Part shown: positions 27,266-41,825 of the stretch, in pieces | Numbering within the stretch: position 1 is the first letter of the stretch | Layout: the number at the start of each line of letters is the position of its first letter | Assembly: GCA_028534125.1 (NCBI GenBank) | Contig: CM052817.1 | Location: 54,872,001 to 54,936,000 of the forward strand | Length of the DNA stretch: 64,000 bases | Source: Lama glama | Taxonomy: Eukaryota | Direction of reading: 5' to 3' | Notes under the pieces: generated by a model | Database searches by the model: none | Told to the model about the DNA's origin: nothing | What the model saw: only the letters and a program-made list of their open reading frames with translations | Program-made: the position numbers and the translations under genes

Positions 27266-28179
27266 TTAATTGTCTTAAAGGTATTTGGCCTTGGAAAAAA
27301 TATTATTATGCTGGTAAGATAATATACTTAAAGTCTGTAACCTCAGGAGTGTGGTAAAAACAGACTGCTATTAATATATTAGACAAGTAAAAAAGGGGTC
27401 TTATTGAAATTGCAAAACATTTTGTTGTTCATTAATGTATAGACCATTGCAGGAAAATAAGTTAATGAACTGTGTTAATCTCACTTGGGTCTATAAAAAG
27501 AGTTTAGGCTTTTCTATTAGTTGAAAAATATCAGTCTCTTGTGTCTAGTTTATATCCTTTTGGGATATTTAAGAAAAACAAATGGTAGTTTTAGCAGATT
27601 TAAATCTAAATACAACATAAAACTGATTTCTTTGGCACTGTAGCAATATTTTAAAAAATAATAAGGAAAAGGAAATTCTCACCTACAACTCATAATTGAA
27701 TAATCTATCAATTAATTGCTAGGATATCATAAAGATACTCTCAAAACATTCTGGACTTAGTACTTTCACCTGATATGTACCATTTCTTAGGGAACTATTT
27801 TGGAATATGTCCCAGGAAAACTAGGAAACAAATTATGTGCATTTTGAAGAACTCAGCACAGACCAATCAGCTTGGATGCCAGCAGGTGTGCTGTAATACT
27901 GGTTCAATAATTAGCTCTGGCTCTAATCCAGAGGAGTGCCATAAGGGGGGCAAGGGAATTACAGGATGGCAATGGCAGCCAGCCCATACTGTGAACATTA
28001 TAATTTGGAAGAGCAGGAGGGAGAACTGTCAGAGGCAGCTTTCTGGGGAGGGAGTCCGTGTAAAAGGTAAAGGGGACTGAAATGAATAGATGTATGATTA
28101 TGTAAATTAGAGTCAGGATAGCAGGGTTCACTTAAGGTCATCACCTCTGTAGCCTATGTTACATTTATCAACAGTTCTG

Positions 28180-28266
28180 TACCCCAGTTTGTTTCTCTGT
28201 GCAATTGGGATAATAAAATTATTGTAAAAATTAGATTATTGTACTCAAAGCAGTAAGAACCATGCA
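28180..28266 (+). mobile_element. MIR fragment
   Basis: 'cccagtttgtttctctgtgcaattgggataataa' core-like sequence. Confidence 0.45.
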
Positions 28267-28989
28267 TAACACAGGGGAAAACAGGATCTAAGAGCTGAAG
28301 GAAAGATGAAGATATGATAATAAGGAAAAGGATTTAGAAAAACTATGTAGAAGAATTACCAGTTTCTGAAATGTGGCATCACTTAAAGAGAATAACAAAG
28401 GTTTCCAATAGGCCTTGATCTAGGTACAATGTCCTTTTAGAGGGCCAGGCTTATTTTTTTCTAATGGATAAAGAAAAAATAAAATTCTGACTCACAACTT
28501 GATATTGAGTAAGATTCATAAGATCATAATAATATCAACAAATTACTGGGAGCTAAATTTTAGAGCAAACTTAAGAAAAAGTATGATTATTACCATGAAA
28601 ACGTAAAAGTGACTTTAGATACATAGCTGAGAGAATGTGGGCAGGGAAAAGGAAGAAAAAAGTAGTGTTGCTTACTAATAACCTTATCTGACAAAGAGCA
28701 AAGAAAAAATAACTTTTCATATATTGTAGAGGTTTAAAGAATATAATTTATAACTATAGAATAATCAATAGAAAAACAATAACATACACACACACACATA
28801 TATATATATATAAAATCCTCATTTAATGGTAGAAAATGTTGAAGACAGCAAAATCCTCTTCACTCATGTATCAAGGAGGCAGTGGACACTGCCTAGATTC
28901 CTGGTTTATCACTGAATAATGGTAGTAATCTAAATTAAAATCTCTCTACCCACATCTACCAAGAAAACCATAATTTATACCTTTAGCAT

Positions 28990-31815
28990 GACTACAAGAT
29001 GGAGAACACTCTGAACTTCAAACTACCTGTACACATGAAAAGTGAACACCCGATCCACAAGAAACAACTCCAGATCCCAAACGTAGGTGTGATGGGTCAC
29101 CGGTACAGTAACTCTCAGAAAGACAGAACCCACACTGAATGGTAAATACTGAGAACAAATCTGATGTCTAATAGATCAGAATAATAGCCATTGAGAAATC
29201 AAAAGGAAGAAAGTTGAATGGTTGCGGGGCCCAAGGAACAGTACTGGGGAGGCACCACTTCTGTAGAACACAGGACTGATTTCTTCCGGACGTTCTTAAG
29301 GAGAGTCTGTTTCTTGCCTTTTAAAGCTTCTGATGTTGCCTGTGGCCTTGGCCTGTGACCCCTCCATCTTCAAAGTGCATCACTCAAAAATGTGCTTCCA
29401 TTATCACATTTCTTTCTGTCTCTGGTTCTGTCTCTGTCCCTCTTATACAAACCATTGGGTCTATCCTTATATCTAGGATAATCTCCCCATCTTAAGGTCC
29501 TTAATTTAATCACAAAAGTCTCTTTTGCCACATAAAGTAACACTTAAACAGATTCTCACTATAATTAAACAGAATTATAACACACACATAGTTACATAGT
29601 TGGGGGCCACTGTTTAATGTGTTCTCCCCCATCAAATAAAATAGCACTGTAACTAAAAGAAACTACACTTTCCTACACCAAAGAGAGAGCAATCTAGAAC
29701 TTAGAAACCTAGTTAGACCCCATATTTTTTCCCCTATGATTGTACACAACTATTATAGCTGGTCCAGGGGGAAATAAAATTAGGAAATAAACAGAAAATG
29801 AAAAATAACACTTATACAAGGCTTAAGAAAGAAAAAAAGAATGAGAATAAAAATGTTTCAAAGTATGAAAATTATTCCACCAATCACAAGGCAAGACTGA
29901 AGACAAGTATGTCACAATATTAAAACCTGAATAAAATATCCTAAACAATAATTTTAAGATATAAAGAGTATCTTGAATTAGGAATTCAAAAACTGAGGAC
30001 AGAAATACATAAAAACCAGAAGGATGTGAAACAATTAACCACTCAGGAAAAAAAAAATACTGAACAAAAATACCACAACATGTTAAAAATGAAGACTAAG
30101 TTACAAGCCACTGAAGGGGGACTATGCTCACTTTAAAGTGGTATAGAGGAGATGCTTGAAAACCAACAAAAGAAAACAAAACTTTGTAAAATAAACAGTA
30201 TAAAATAATAAAGTCAATCTTCACATCAAAAGGGATTAAAAAGAAAGCTAAGGAATTAAACCATATAAAAAAGGAATACATATACACATGCAATAAATAT
30301 AACAAAATAAAATAGCTGAGTTAGAACAAAATGCATAAATCATATAATTAAATGTAAATAGATTTAAGTCACTTATTCAAAGGATTTTTAAACTGACACG
30401 AAAACAAAATTCAGCTATGTGCAAGAGACAGCTAAAACAAAAGGACTCATGAAGCCTAAAAATATAATTGCAATGATATATGGGAAGAATGTTTAAACAT
30501 CAAGAAAAATAGAGGTTATATTCTAGATATCAGACAAGGGAATTCTGGCTAAAAAATGATTAAATATATCAAATAAGATAATTTGAGATTCTGAAAACTC
30601 CAATTCACAACGAAGTATTAGAATGTTGAATATCTATCCCCAAAATAACATGGTGGTAATCTTCATAAACAGAAACTAAAGGAGATTGAGGAAGAAGTAT
30701 ACAGAAACACACTAATAGCAAACCAAGCCACTCACAGTTAAAAAGAGGTCATGTGAACCAAACAATAAGGATATAAAATCATTAACAGCATAATCCTTAA
30801 AGCAGATTTTAAGGTAATATCTCCAATATTATACCCTCTAAGAGAGAATATACCTACCATTCAAGCATACATGAAACATTAATTAAAAATTGCCTATAAA
30901 TTACATTTTAAAACATTATTAAGTTCCATATTACAGAAAAGTTACAAACGCTCTGATTCAAAGGTAAGAATTCTGGAAATACATAAAATAGGAATTCAAA
31001 AAGGACGTTTCACCTGGAAATTTGAAAGCTTTCTATTAAAAAACTTCTGGATGAAAGAAGTTGAAACCAAAATTGTAGAAGTTGTAAACTATAATAACAT
31101 AAAAATTTCATACCAACAGTATGCATTTAAAGCAGTGGACAGAAGAAAAAATAATGCTTTAAATATTCTATCAATGAAAATGAAAGAATGAAGGTATGAA
31201 CTAATTACTGACTTAAAATGGAAAAGGCACAAAGTAAATCAAAAGGAAGGGCGAGTTAGGAAAATTTAAGATTAAAAAAATGAATAAGGCAGAAAAAATA
31301 AAAATGATAGTCGATAAATCAAAGTGTTTATTTAAAATTTAACAATATAAACAAAGGGAATTAGGAAAACAAATATTCAAACTTATAAAGGAAAACTAAA
31401 CATAAAAGGAAATTGAGAAATTTTGATACTTTGCATCAATTAAAAAAATGAAAATCTAAATGAAGTGGATACTTCATTTCATGAAAATACATGAATCAAA
31501 TTTGATGACAGTTAAATGAAAAAAATTAAACAAAAATTCCATGGGGGAAATAAAGAAAATTATTTAAAATATACCCCCAAAAATGTATCAAGTTCGGATC
31601 ATTTATTGAGTATCATTAGCAACACTTAAAAGATCAGCATATTGCATTGTTACATCAATTGTTCTAGTTTACATAAAACTGATACTTAAACCTGAAGAAT
31701 GGAGTCCCCCAGAGGAAAACTACACACCAGTCTTAGGAATACTGATGCAAAAATCCTAAATAAAACATTAGCAAATAGAATCTATGACAACATTCAGACA
31801 ATAATACACTGTGAT
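28990..31815 (+). mobile_element. Ancient LINE-1 (L1M-type 5' region, ORF1, ORF2 remnants) interrupted by an MLT1 LTR
   Basis: A-rich plus strand; 'aaatgtaaatagattta', 'atatcagacaag', 'actgatgcaaaaatcctaaataaaacattagcaaatagaatc'. Confidence 0.7.
29272..29620 (-). mobile_element. MLT1 (C/D/E-like) MaLR LTR
   Basis: 'tctgtttcttgccttt...agcttctg...ctccatcttcaaag...ggataatctccccatcttaagg...ttttgcca...aaagtaac'. Confidence 0.8.
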
Positions 31816-32113
31816 TGAAACTATCAATTATACTTGATAGTTATATCAAGTTATACTTGTTTTTCCTCAGGGTTGTTCATTGTTATTCAGAGACTAAAAT
31901 TCTCTGCAGTCATTGTTTATACAAAGGATTCAGATAAATGACTCAAAGACAGAAACATGATGAAGTCATGCTGAATGACATTTGAACCATAAAACTAGAG
32001 CTCTGCAAATGAAACCTTTCTTCAAGAAGAACCAACAACAGTAGTGAAGATTCTGACCACCCTCGATAATCTCTGCTGCAACTCTGACAATGAACAGAAT
32101 GAAGGTGATAATG

Positions 32114-33240
32114 AGAGAACATAGGCAAAGTATTCTCTGACATAGCAGTGTTTCCCTAGGGCAGTCCACCCAGGCAATAGAAATAAAAGCAAAAAGAAAC
32201 AAATGGAACCTAAATAAACTTAAAACCTTTTTCACAGCAAAGGAAAACATAAACAAAACAAAAAGATAACCTACAGACTGCGAGAAAATATTTGCAAATG
32301 ATGTGACCAAAAACGGCTTAATTCTAGAATATACCAACAATTTATACAATTCAATAACAACAACAAAAAAAACCCCAAACAACCCATTAAAAAAATGGGC
32401 GAAAGACTTAGTTCTTCAGTGAAGACATACAGATGCCCAACTGGCACATGAGAAGATGCTCAATATTGCTAATTATTAAAGAAATGCAAATCAAAACAAT
32501 GAGGTATCACCTCTCACCAGTCAGAATGGCCATCATTAAAAAGTTCACAAATGATAAATGCTGGAGAGGTTGTGGAGAAAAAGGGACACCTCAGATACTG
32601 TTGTTGGGAATTTAAATTGGTGCAGCCACTATGGAAAGCAACATGGAGAATCCTTAAAAAACTAAAAACAGTTACTGTATGACCTAGTAATCCTGCTCCT
32701 GGGCATATATCTGAAGAAAACTCCAATTCAAAGAGAAACACACACCCTAATGTTCGTAGCAGCAGTATTGACAGTAGCCAGGACATAGAACCAACCTAAA
32801 TGTTCATCAACAGATGACTAGATAAAGAAGATGTGGTACGTATGTCCAATGGGATACTACTTGGCCAAAAAAAAAAGATGAAATAATGCCATTTGCAGCA
32901 ACATGGATGGACCTAGACATTATCATACTAAGTGAAGTAAGTCAAAGACAAGTATGTGATATCACTTATATGTGGAATCTAAAAGAATGACACAAATGAA
33001 CTTTTTACCACACAGAAAGAGACTCACAGACATAGAAAACAAATATACAGTTACCAAAGGGGCAGGAGGGGATAAATTGGGAGTTTGGGCTTAGCAAGTA
33101 CAAACTACTATTTACTACAAACAAGTACAGAATAGATAAACAACAACGTCCTACTGTATAGCTTAGAGAACTATATTCAATAACTTAATGCATAATGAAA
33201 AAGAATATAAAAAGAACATATATATATGTGTGTGTATGTA

Positions 33241-33277
<37 letters not shown>

Positions 33278-33363
33278 GACATATATATATATATGACTGA
33301 ATCACTATGCTGTGCACCAGAAAATAACACAACATTGTAAGTCAACTATACTTCCAAAAAAAA
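32114..33363 (+). mobile_element. 5'-truncated camelid-type LINE-1 (ORF2 end, 3' UTR, A-tail)
   Basis: ORF '[21 protein letters not shown]...[10 protein letters not shown]'; 3' UTR like that of 15186-17103. Confidence 0.93.
33218..33294. repeat. Compound (TA)n/(TG)n microsatellite in L1 3' UTR
   Basis: Read directly. Confidence 0.9.
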
Positions 33364-34363
33364 GAGAAAGGAAAGGAAGAAGTCCCCAATACCTCGGAAA
33401 AGATCTGCCTCAGAACCCAGTCAGACCTATACAGGGATTCTGAGGAGTGTTTGTTCTGGAATTGCATTACCTGCTGGGAAAAGATTGGGTTGATTTCTTA
33501 GAAGGATATTTGTGTTGGTTCAAAGGCAGGAGAGGATTAAAATTACCTACAGGATTTTGTTGACTGAGGTTGAGTCCACCACAGAATTGCTGACTTTGAA
33601 AATATGAGGCAGCGATGAATTGATTTGTTTTCAGAAAAACATTCACTGTAGTGATCTGTCACTGATCAATTGTACATGAAAATCAGTTATAGTGTTACTT
33701 GTCATGGTTAAATAACTACCATTAATTAAAAGTTTTCAATCTCTTTTGGTATCCACTTACAATCATTGGTATAAATGATCTCTTATTAGAACTATGGAAA
33801 TTCATTATTTTCATCATCTTGACCTTGTTGTAGACAGGAGATGCCCCCTCTCTAGCCAAGTGGAATTAGTTTAATACATTGTGTTTTCTGCTTAAATGAC
33901 TTACTTTCTCATCCTCCACTTGGTCCTGTTGATAAGCATAGATTTCCTCACCAAGCCCTCTGGTTCCCACGATGCTTTAGGGATTTATCACTGCAGTATT
34001 TTAGCATGACAGAGTTTATCCCTTAAGCACAATGTGGGATATATTATGTAAACTTACTGAGCTCAAGTGCTATTCCAATTTTATCCTAAATATAACATAG
34101 AATACAAAATATTTTGCCTGTCATGTACAACTTTCCAGTTTTCTATTCATATATGTTTCTCCTTTCTTTCAACCTTTAACATCTACTCGTAAGGTAGTAT
34201 GCTTCATTTGTGTTTCACTATTTAATAAGTGAAGTTTTGTTAATAAATATGTTATTTCTTTTGGGAAGAACTGGAAATAATGTATTACTTTTCAGTCAAT
34301 GATATTAACTTATTTAGGATATATTAAGTATTTTCACCATTGTACAGCATAATGATAAAATAC

Positions 34364-34827
34364 TGTGGCAGAGATTGATAATTACCTACCCAGAATCTTC
34401 TCTCTTCATTAAAGTCAGAATCTCAATTTGAGTGCAAGTACCCACTAAAATCTATGTGACTCTCTTAGCAGTCATTGTTAGTGAGATGTAATTCACTAGA
34501 TGGGGCTTTGGGAAAACCGTTATAAAAGTGGGCTGTCTGCTGTCTCATGAGCATTTGTTATTTCCTTCTCCTTTCCTTTTTACTTTTTCTAGAATGCTGA
34601 AGTGGAGAATCACCTTCTGACATGCACACTCTGAAGACGCTGAATAAAAGTAGTAGAAAGTACCTATGACACAGAAGACATAACACCACTTAGCCAGCTC
34701 TGCACTGCTATCCTCTGAATTTATCATTAAATGATGGGGGGGAAAAACCTATCCACTTGTTTAAATGAAGTTGTATATGTGTGTGTGTATCTATTATTTG
34801 CAGCTAAATGCATCCCTAACTGCTACA
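34364..34827 (+). mobile_element. MLT1I/J-like MaLR solo LTR
   Basis: Starts 'tgtggcagag...tacctaccca', ends 'ttgcagctaaatgcatccctaactgctaca'. Confidence 0.75.
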
Positions 34828-35914
34828 ATATCTTTCATTAATACTATTACTGTATTCAGTAATACTATCTTATAGTCAGTAGGCACAAAATAATAATGTA
34901 TGATTTTACAGTGACTTCATGTCACATACTGTGAGCATTAGGAAACATAATCAGAGAAGTATTATACTAGAAAAAAAATAGAAAATAGGTATTTATAGGC
35001 TATACTCTTATTTTTGTATGTTGTATGGGACTTTATTTTCTAAGAGTTTGAGTATCTGATTTTGTGTTTTAAGTGGGCAGGATGGTGTCACTGGTCAGTA
35101 CAGTCAAACAAAAAAATAAAATGTGATTTATACTGGTTGTTTGGACTATATGGACTAAAAAGTCAACTAAACTTTTGACATTTTAAAACTGTTTGGCATC
35201 ATATAGACATAGTAGATATAGAGTACTATAGAAAATAATGATACACTTTTTAATGACTATGGAGAGGACATTGGGATCTGTAGTCATGAAAAATTCAATC
35301 ACCTTTTGAAACTGCACTATGACAAGAGCTATAGCTTTGCCTTTATTATCCTTCTACCAAGAGCAAAATTTACTCTTATTAAGTGCCTCTGCCTAACCAA
35401 CCTTAAAATAATTTAATTTTGATCATTAATTCCTTATTAAAATACTAAATATAACAAAAGAGGGACAGATTTTATTGAATATTAAGGAAACTTTTGATTA
35501 ATTCTGAACTAAAAGCTTGCAGCCTTGTTTTCCTTGGCATAAGAATGTTCTCCTTTTCAATTATGAAAAAGTGCTTACATTGGAGCACTTATTTAGGAAA
35601 GAGTGAGGCAAAATCTTTCCTTTTTAATCACTGCATTCAAATTTTCAGGCCTCCTCCTGCTTCTTCTCCAGGAATTCTCCAAGTTAAGCTTATTTAAACA
35701 TGTAAATGATTATTATTAAATAAATAAACAAGCACTTAAGAAAATATATTTCAAAGTGCATGAATTGTCCCTGGGTCTAACAGCCTGCCACACTTAGTTT
35801 CGTTTAGAGGGAATTATATTAAAAACGAGCACTTACAATGACACAGGCACACTTCTTCCAAAGATGAGAATCATCCCACCACAGGTGTAATTACACTGGG
35901 GCCCTGTGGCTTTC

Positions 35915-36060
35915 AGAGCAAAGTACGTCAGCAGAACAGAATCCTAGTTTTGCAAAAGTAGCTTTTGGCACTTGTGAAAGACTCATACACTTTCTAGGTT
36001 TAGTTTCCAAAAATATAAAAGAGGATGTTGACATATACAGTGTTTAAAGTTTCAACCATA
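35915..36060 (+). mobile_element. MIR-like fragment
   Basis: 'aatcctagttttgc...tagtttcc...tataaaagaggatgttgac'. Confidence 0.45.
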
Positions 36061-36194
36061 TCTGGAAGGCAGTGAAATTTATGGGAGGATAATAGGAAGT
36101 ATAGTTCAGTTCTTAATACAGTTTCCTTCCAGGCCATGTTTGAGCTTCATCAGTTATCTCACTTTTCTGTGCTATAGCACAGCCAGTAGGGAGG

Positions 36195-36430
36195 GCATAA
36201 AGAATGTTGACTTTGGAATCAGAAGATCATAAAAGAACTGAACTGAGTAACAGTTTTACTGCTTACTGCCTGTGCGACCTTTCACAAAGCAATTAACCTT
36301 CAGACACTCAGTTTTATCATCTGCTAAATGGAGATTGCTATTCCTCCAGATATAAACAATAACTGAAATAATTTTCCAAGGCACCTAATAAAGTGGCTGG
36401 CACACTGTATAAAGTCGATAAATATTAGTC
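36195..36430 (+). mobile_element. MIR
   Basis: 'gactttggaatcagaaga...gtgcgacct...ctcagttttatcatctgctaaatggag...tggcacac...taaatattag'. Confidence 0.75.
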
Positions 36431-37825
36431 TAATTACAAGTGTACTTTAAAAACATACAGATAAACTCTGGCATGGAATACATTGGCTTATTATGACTCA
36501 TTGATAAGTAGCTGAAATGACTTTATCAGGTTTCAGGACAGCAGGAATTATGTTTGTTCAAATTATGACCCCAGCATCTAGAATTATGTTTGTCCCTGAA
36601 AATGCTCCCTTCCTAAACTTGAATTATATTAACAAAGTAACTATACTCTGAAAAAATACATGGGACAGTTTGTATATTTTGATAGAGGGAAGTCTTAGGA
36701 AAAGTATATACGATTTAGGGCTGCACAGCAGAGATTTTCTAAGGGATAAGTCTATGCTGGGACATTCTGAGAAGACTTGAGTTAGCGTGAATTGAAGAGG
36801 CACATCTCAAATGAAAAGAAAATGAATCAAGCTGACTACAGTGCACTGAAATAAAAGTTTCCTGCTTTATTCCTGGTTAGCCAAATGCTTTGGGGATTTT
36901 TATTAGAGGATGGAGAGGTTGTTATTATGGCCTCTTGTAATTTAAATTTCATATTCATTATATGAATATAAACTATAATCAAGGCAAAGTTTTAAATTTT
37001 TTTTCTGAAAAATTGGGTGAAATAAAATACTATTTAAATTTGCTAATTGTTTTCCTATACAACAGATATTAACTCACTTTTTGTTTGCTGTGATGTATTT
37101 ATACTACGATATCCACGGATTATCGATGAGGAAGAGTTTTTAGCTTTCTGTGGTCATTGTTATCAAATCTACTTCTTAGCTTGGATGATTTTTACTTTAA
37201 TACAATTTACATATTAATTTTTTAAACTATCTGTGACATGCAAACAAAATATAGACTTTTGTGGAAAGGTTTTTCTTGCTTATTGGTCTCCAAACCTCAA
37301 TAGAGTTAATGAACCAGTGTTTCTCAAGCTAACTTCTAAGGTTTGGTAACCACGACAAGCTGTACTAAACTAGCTTTTCCTGCTGTCCCAGCATCTGATA
37401 AAGCCATTTGAACCACTTACCAGTGATTCATAATAAACCAATGTATTCCACATCAAAGATTATCTGTATGTTTTAATATCTAGTTTAGCACAGATGAATG
37501 CCAGTCTAGTGTCTTGTTTTTTTCTTTTCAGTTATAGTTACTGTTTCCATTTTTGTATCTGAAATAGTCAGTTATCTATTCTGATCTACTTTTAGAAGTT
37601 TTTGAAGACTCATGGTCTTATAAAGGTCCAAAACAGAATTTTAAAGTTACTTGTGTATTACAGCTGAAGTTAAATCAAATATTGTCACTGAGGGACTTTG
37701 TGCTTTATTTTTATGCAGCTCTATGATTTTTATATAGATATAAGATTCTAAGAAACTTATTTTTGGTAAAGTATTATGTATCTGGACAATGACCACTAAA
37801 CCATTTATGTTCTCAATTAGATGTT

Positions 37826-38368
37826 TGTGAGAGACTGGGATACAAATGAATAGTGGTTAGATCATATATAAAAATAGGACTCTGACCCACAACCAGCTGA
37901 GGAAACCAACCCATCATCTACAACAACCAGTCCAGGAGGCCATTTTTCTTTTATCTGTAAATCAAACGTACAGCAAGTCAGACCACTGTTTCTATAAGTA
38001 GTCTATATGGCCAAACAATAACCCCTGTAACAGTTGGCTCAAAATGGCCAGGACTTGATTAGTAGTTGACTGTATTCCTAGTATTTGTCCTGTTTCCATC
38101 TTAATACCAACCAGAGAGAGCTAAATACGCACCCCTATTCAAACACATGGGATGGGCTCTTCTAGTAAGCCTGCCTACAGCTTCTCCATGCCAGCAGCCT
38201 CCAGACAGGGAACACCTTCTCTTTTCCACCATAAATCTTCCCCACTTCTCTGCCTGCTTTTGAGATTCTGTCAAAATGCAAGTGATAGTGGCTGACTCAC
38301 TTGCTAGAGCAAGATCTGAATAAATAACCTTTGCCTGTACTAACTTAGTTGTTTTTTTTATTTTTACA
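37826..38368 (+). mobile_element. Old eutherian ERV1-class solo LTR
   Basis: TG...CA ends; 'ggactctgacccacaacc', 'aaaatggccaggacttgatta', TATA-like 'ccataaat', AATAAA near 38319. Confidence 0.75.
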
Positions 38369-40749
38369 CTTGTCTAGGCTACATAAAATGAGTTTAGTTT
38401 AATACCTTTGATGCAAACTTTTTTATATATCAGACTTTTGCCAAGCACAGACTTATAACAACAAACTACATAAAGTTCACATCTTCACTCAATGTAAAAT
38501 TGACAACAGAAGTAAGCAGATAAATAGAAAATATTAATATCATGGATTTGACTTTGAAGATAAAGCCAGACATAGGTTGTTAATGGAATGAAGAGTAATC
38601 CACAAAGAGGAAAAATTGTGTAGATAAAAGGCAATAGTACATATATAGTATGCTTTTGATACAAACATTAGCAAATTATTTAGTAAGTATAATAACATGT
38701 TTTACTTTCAACTAGTTATTTACAAAAGAATATCTTTTCATTATTATGGCTTTAAAATATTTGTAATATACATTTCTCAATATGCCTTCAGATTTGCATT
38801 TATGTTGAAATAGCACATATGTTTCCTTTTGCACTGATGAGATTAAACACTCCCTTGAGCATTATTTAATAGATGTTTCTGCTTCAATTCTCGTATGTTT
38901 TTGACATTATTTATGGACCAAAAGGAAGATTTTGATAACTTGGATTTGGCAATTAGTATTTTCCAACTATCTCATATTTAAATAAGACCATTTAATTTTA
39001 GTTTTTAATATATACTCTGCAAAATTCTGGGCATGATATTAGATAAAAATTCTTTCTCCTTTTGGGACTAAGATGGGGTATTGGCTACCCAGTGTATTTC
39101 TAGATTGCTCAGTTCTTTTTGAAATCCTAACACTAGTCACATGTTAAAATATTGCCCCTTAAAATACATTCTTCATAACAATTTAAACTATATCTAAAAT
39201 CTTGAACTTATAATTGTGCCAAACTCACAGACTTATTTTTGATTCATAATAAACTGTAGAAAAGCCTAATGTGTGGTCTTCATCAGTGATTACTCCAATT
39301 ATGTTTTTTTCCATTCTGTTTTTAGTATCTGGACAAATGAGTTATAGCCTCAACTGGGTGATATGACAATTCTAGTGATTTGAAATGTTTCTCTCTTATT
39401 TATCTCTTATGATGTACTCTATTGCCCACACTTGGTTACTGGTTACTGAAATTTGGGAATGTGCAGTGTGTCTTGGAAACAAAGTGGAGTTGAGAGAGTT
39501 AAGGTGGGTTTAAAAAGGCATAGCTGGATCATGAATTTTAAGTAGGATTTTATAAGAGAGAAAACAAGGGAAGAAAATTCATTTTCTAGAAATACAATTT
39601 CTAAATATCCACTGACTATTTAGTTATGAAACACATACTAATATTAGAATACATGTATTTTAATTAATTAGTGGTGAAACCTACAAAAAGAGGAATCACT
39701 TAGAAGAACTAATCATAGACATCAATCCAAGTAGATAACATGGTGATGAACCCCAGCACTTTTGGAGTGCATCTTTAGAACCAAGTAGCATAACAGTTTC
39801 CAAAGACTAAGTATTTTGGACATGGTTGTGTTTTAACTATCTTTACCTCAGGATGAGAAGAAGCTAGATAAAAGCATCACCTCACACATATAAAGTCAAA
39901 ATTCTGAAAATGCCAATCTGAGAAAAAAAAAAGTGAGTCAGAAGAAAACTTACTCAGTAGAGGCAGATAGGCCGGGTACTTCTCTGTCTTAAGCTTTGGA
40001 TGGAGGTGAAAGGTGAAATTTGAAAAGGCAAAAATAACAATAGTAACAACAACAAACTATTGCAGAATTTTTAAAAAACGCACTAGCTTATTCTCACTTG
40101 GGTTTGGAATTTAAATGCTCACTATTTGCGTTTCCTCCTCACACTCCTGCTGGAAAACAACAGCCACAACAATGTGGGAGGACTGTTTTAAATATAAACT
40201 ATAGTGGACCTTTCTTTGGAAAACCTTCAGGATCCTGGGAAAACAAACGCTAGAAAAGATGAGCTCAGCCCAGGTCTTCTGGTACCTCTCTGAGGAAATA
40301 CCAATGAAAATTGACTTTAACTGTTTAACTAAAGTTAACAACACTCATGTAACACAAAAATGGCAAGGCACCTTTAGCTAGAGTCAGAAAAATCAGCACA
40401 TTATTAGGAAAAAATATTAACAAAAGGACCAGACTCTCAGAAACTTCAGCTAAAGGTGTTCTATATTACACAATTAAAAAAATCTATTCTATGTTTAAAG
40501 AAAAAAAGTTTGATTTTAAACAATGAAAAAGTAGCAATAACATATAATCTAAAATGTTTGAAAAGGACATGTAGAGTTTCTAGATACATAATATCTTAAA
40601 TTAAAAATGCAATACCAGAGTTAAATGGTAAATGGGAAATGGCACAGAGAATTAAACTGAAAGGTAAACCAGAAGAAAATATATATGAAATGGAGTAATT
40701 ATCTGCAAAGAGATGGAAAACATGACAGAGAGACTAAAAATCATGGAGG

Positions 40750-41825
40750 TGGAATTTCTGGTTGCCCTCCTGCAGAAAACAATTATAATTTAGACAAAAT
40801 ACATAATGCAGTTGTTTTCATACATTGAAACAATAGGAAGCGTAGGACTGAGATCCTTGAAAGAGGGGGAACAGGTAAAGCGAGATCCACATTTACTTCA
40901 TCATTCCACCTAAAGGCAAATTTTAAAATACAGCATGAGAGGTGGGACACAGTGGACAGTAATAGTTAAAAAGGTAGAGAAGAAGGAACAAATATAGGAG
41001 GTAGTAAGGTTCTTGAAACTGGAGGGACAAGGAATTATAGAAGAAGCTACAGGAAATAGGCTTCAGAAATCTGCATAGCAATTTCACCAAGGTAGGGGCT
41101 CAATATGAATTTGTCCTTGTGTAGGACAAGACTCTGTTTGCCCTGGAAGAGAGCACCTGTGGACATGGTGGCTGAAAAGAGATTCTAGAGATGATTTCAC
41201 TGTGCAAGAGAGATAGATACTGGAGTTCTTGTCCAGCAATAGCCTAGAAACATTAGTGAACAACATCAGAATTTGGCTAAGACACCAGGAAGGTTATATT
41301 TTAGGAGTAGGGACCATGCCCCAGGAGTAAAGAAAACATTCTAGAACAAAAGGCAAAACAGAAAAAATTTCACAGTAATGAATACCAAGCTAAGCCTTAG
41401 TAAGATCCAAGTGATCTTACAGAAATGTAATGGCCTGCCAGAACAAAAGTCAACATTCTCTAGAAGGAGTTAACAAAATCCAGAGTCACTACGTTATATC
41501 ATCTAAAGTATCGAGTATAAAATAAAACAGAACAAATTATGAGATGTGTGAAGAAACACAATATAATACCTAATAAAAAGAAAAAAATAGAAATAGACCA
41601 ACAAATGACCCAACTTTTGGAATTTGCAAATACATTAAAACAATATATTAAAGGATTTTATGGAAATGTGGACAGAATTAGAAAAGAGAAAAATTTAGAG
41701 AAATGGATTCTCAAAAATAAAAACAAATATAATTGCACAAGTGGAAAATTTTATATCTGAGATAAAAAAGATTATTGGAAGCATACAACAGCACATTTGA
41801 CAAAGAAAAAGAATCATAAAATCAA
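40750..41825 (+). mobile_element. L1MC/L1M4-like 5' region fragment, apparently nested in older ORF1
   Basis: 'ctcctgcagaaaacaattataatttagacaaaataca...gcgtaggactgagatccttgaaaga', 'aaatagacc..caaatgacccaacttttggaattt'. Confidence 0.55.

Noticed and set aside
31966..32382. 138-aa membrane-like ORF
   Set aside because: Antisense L1 ORF2 reading into the flank.
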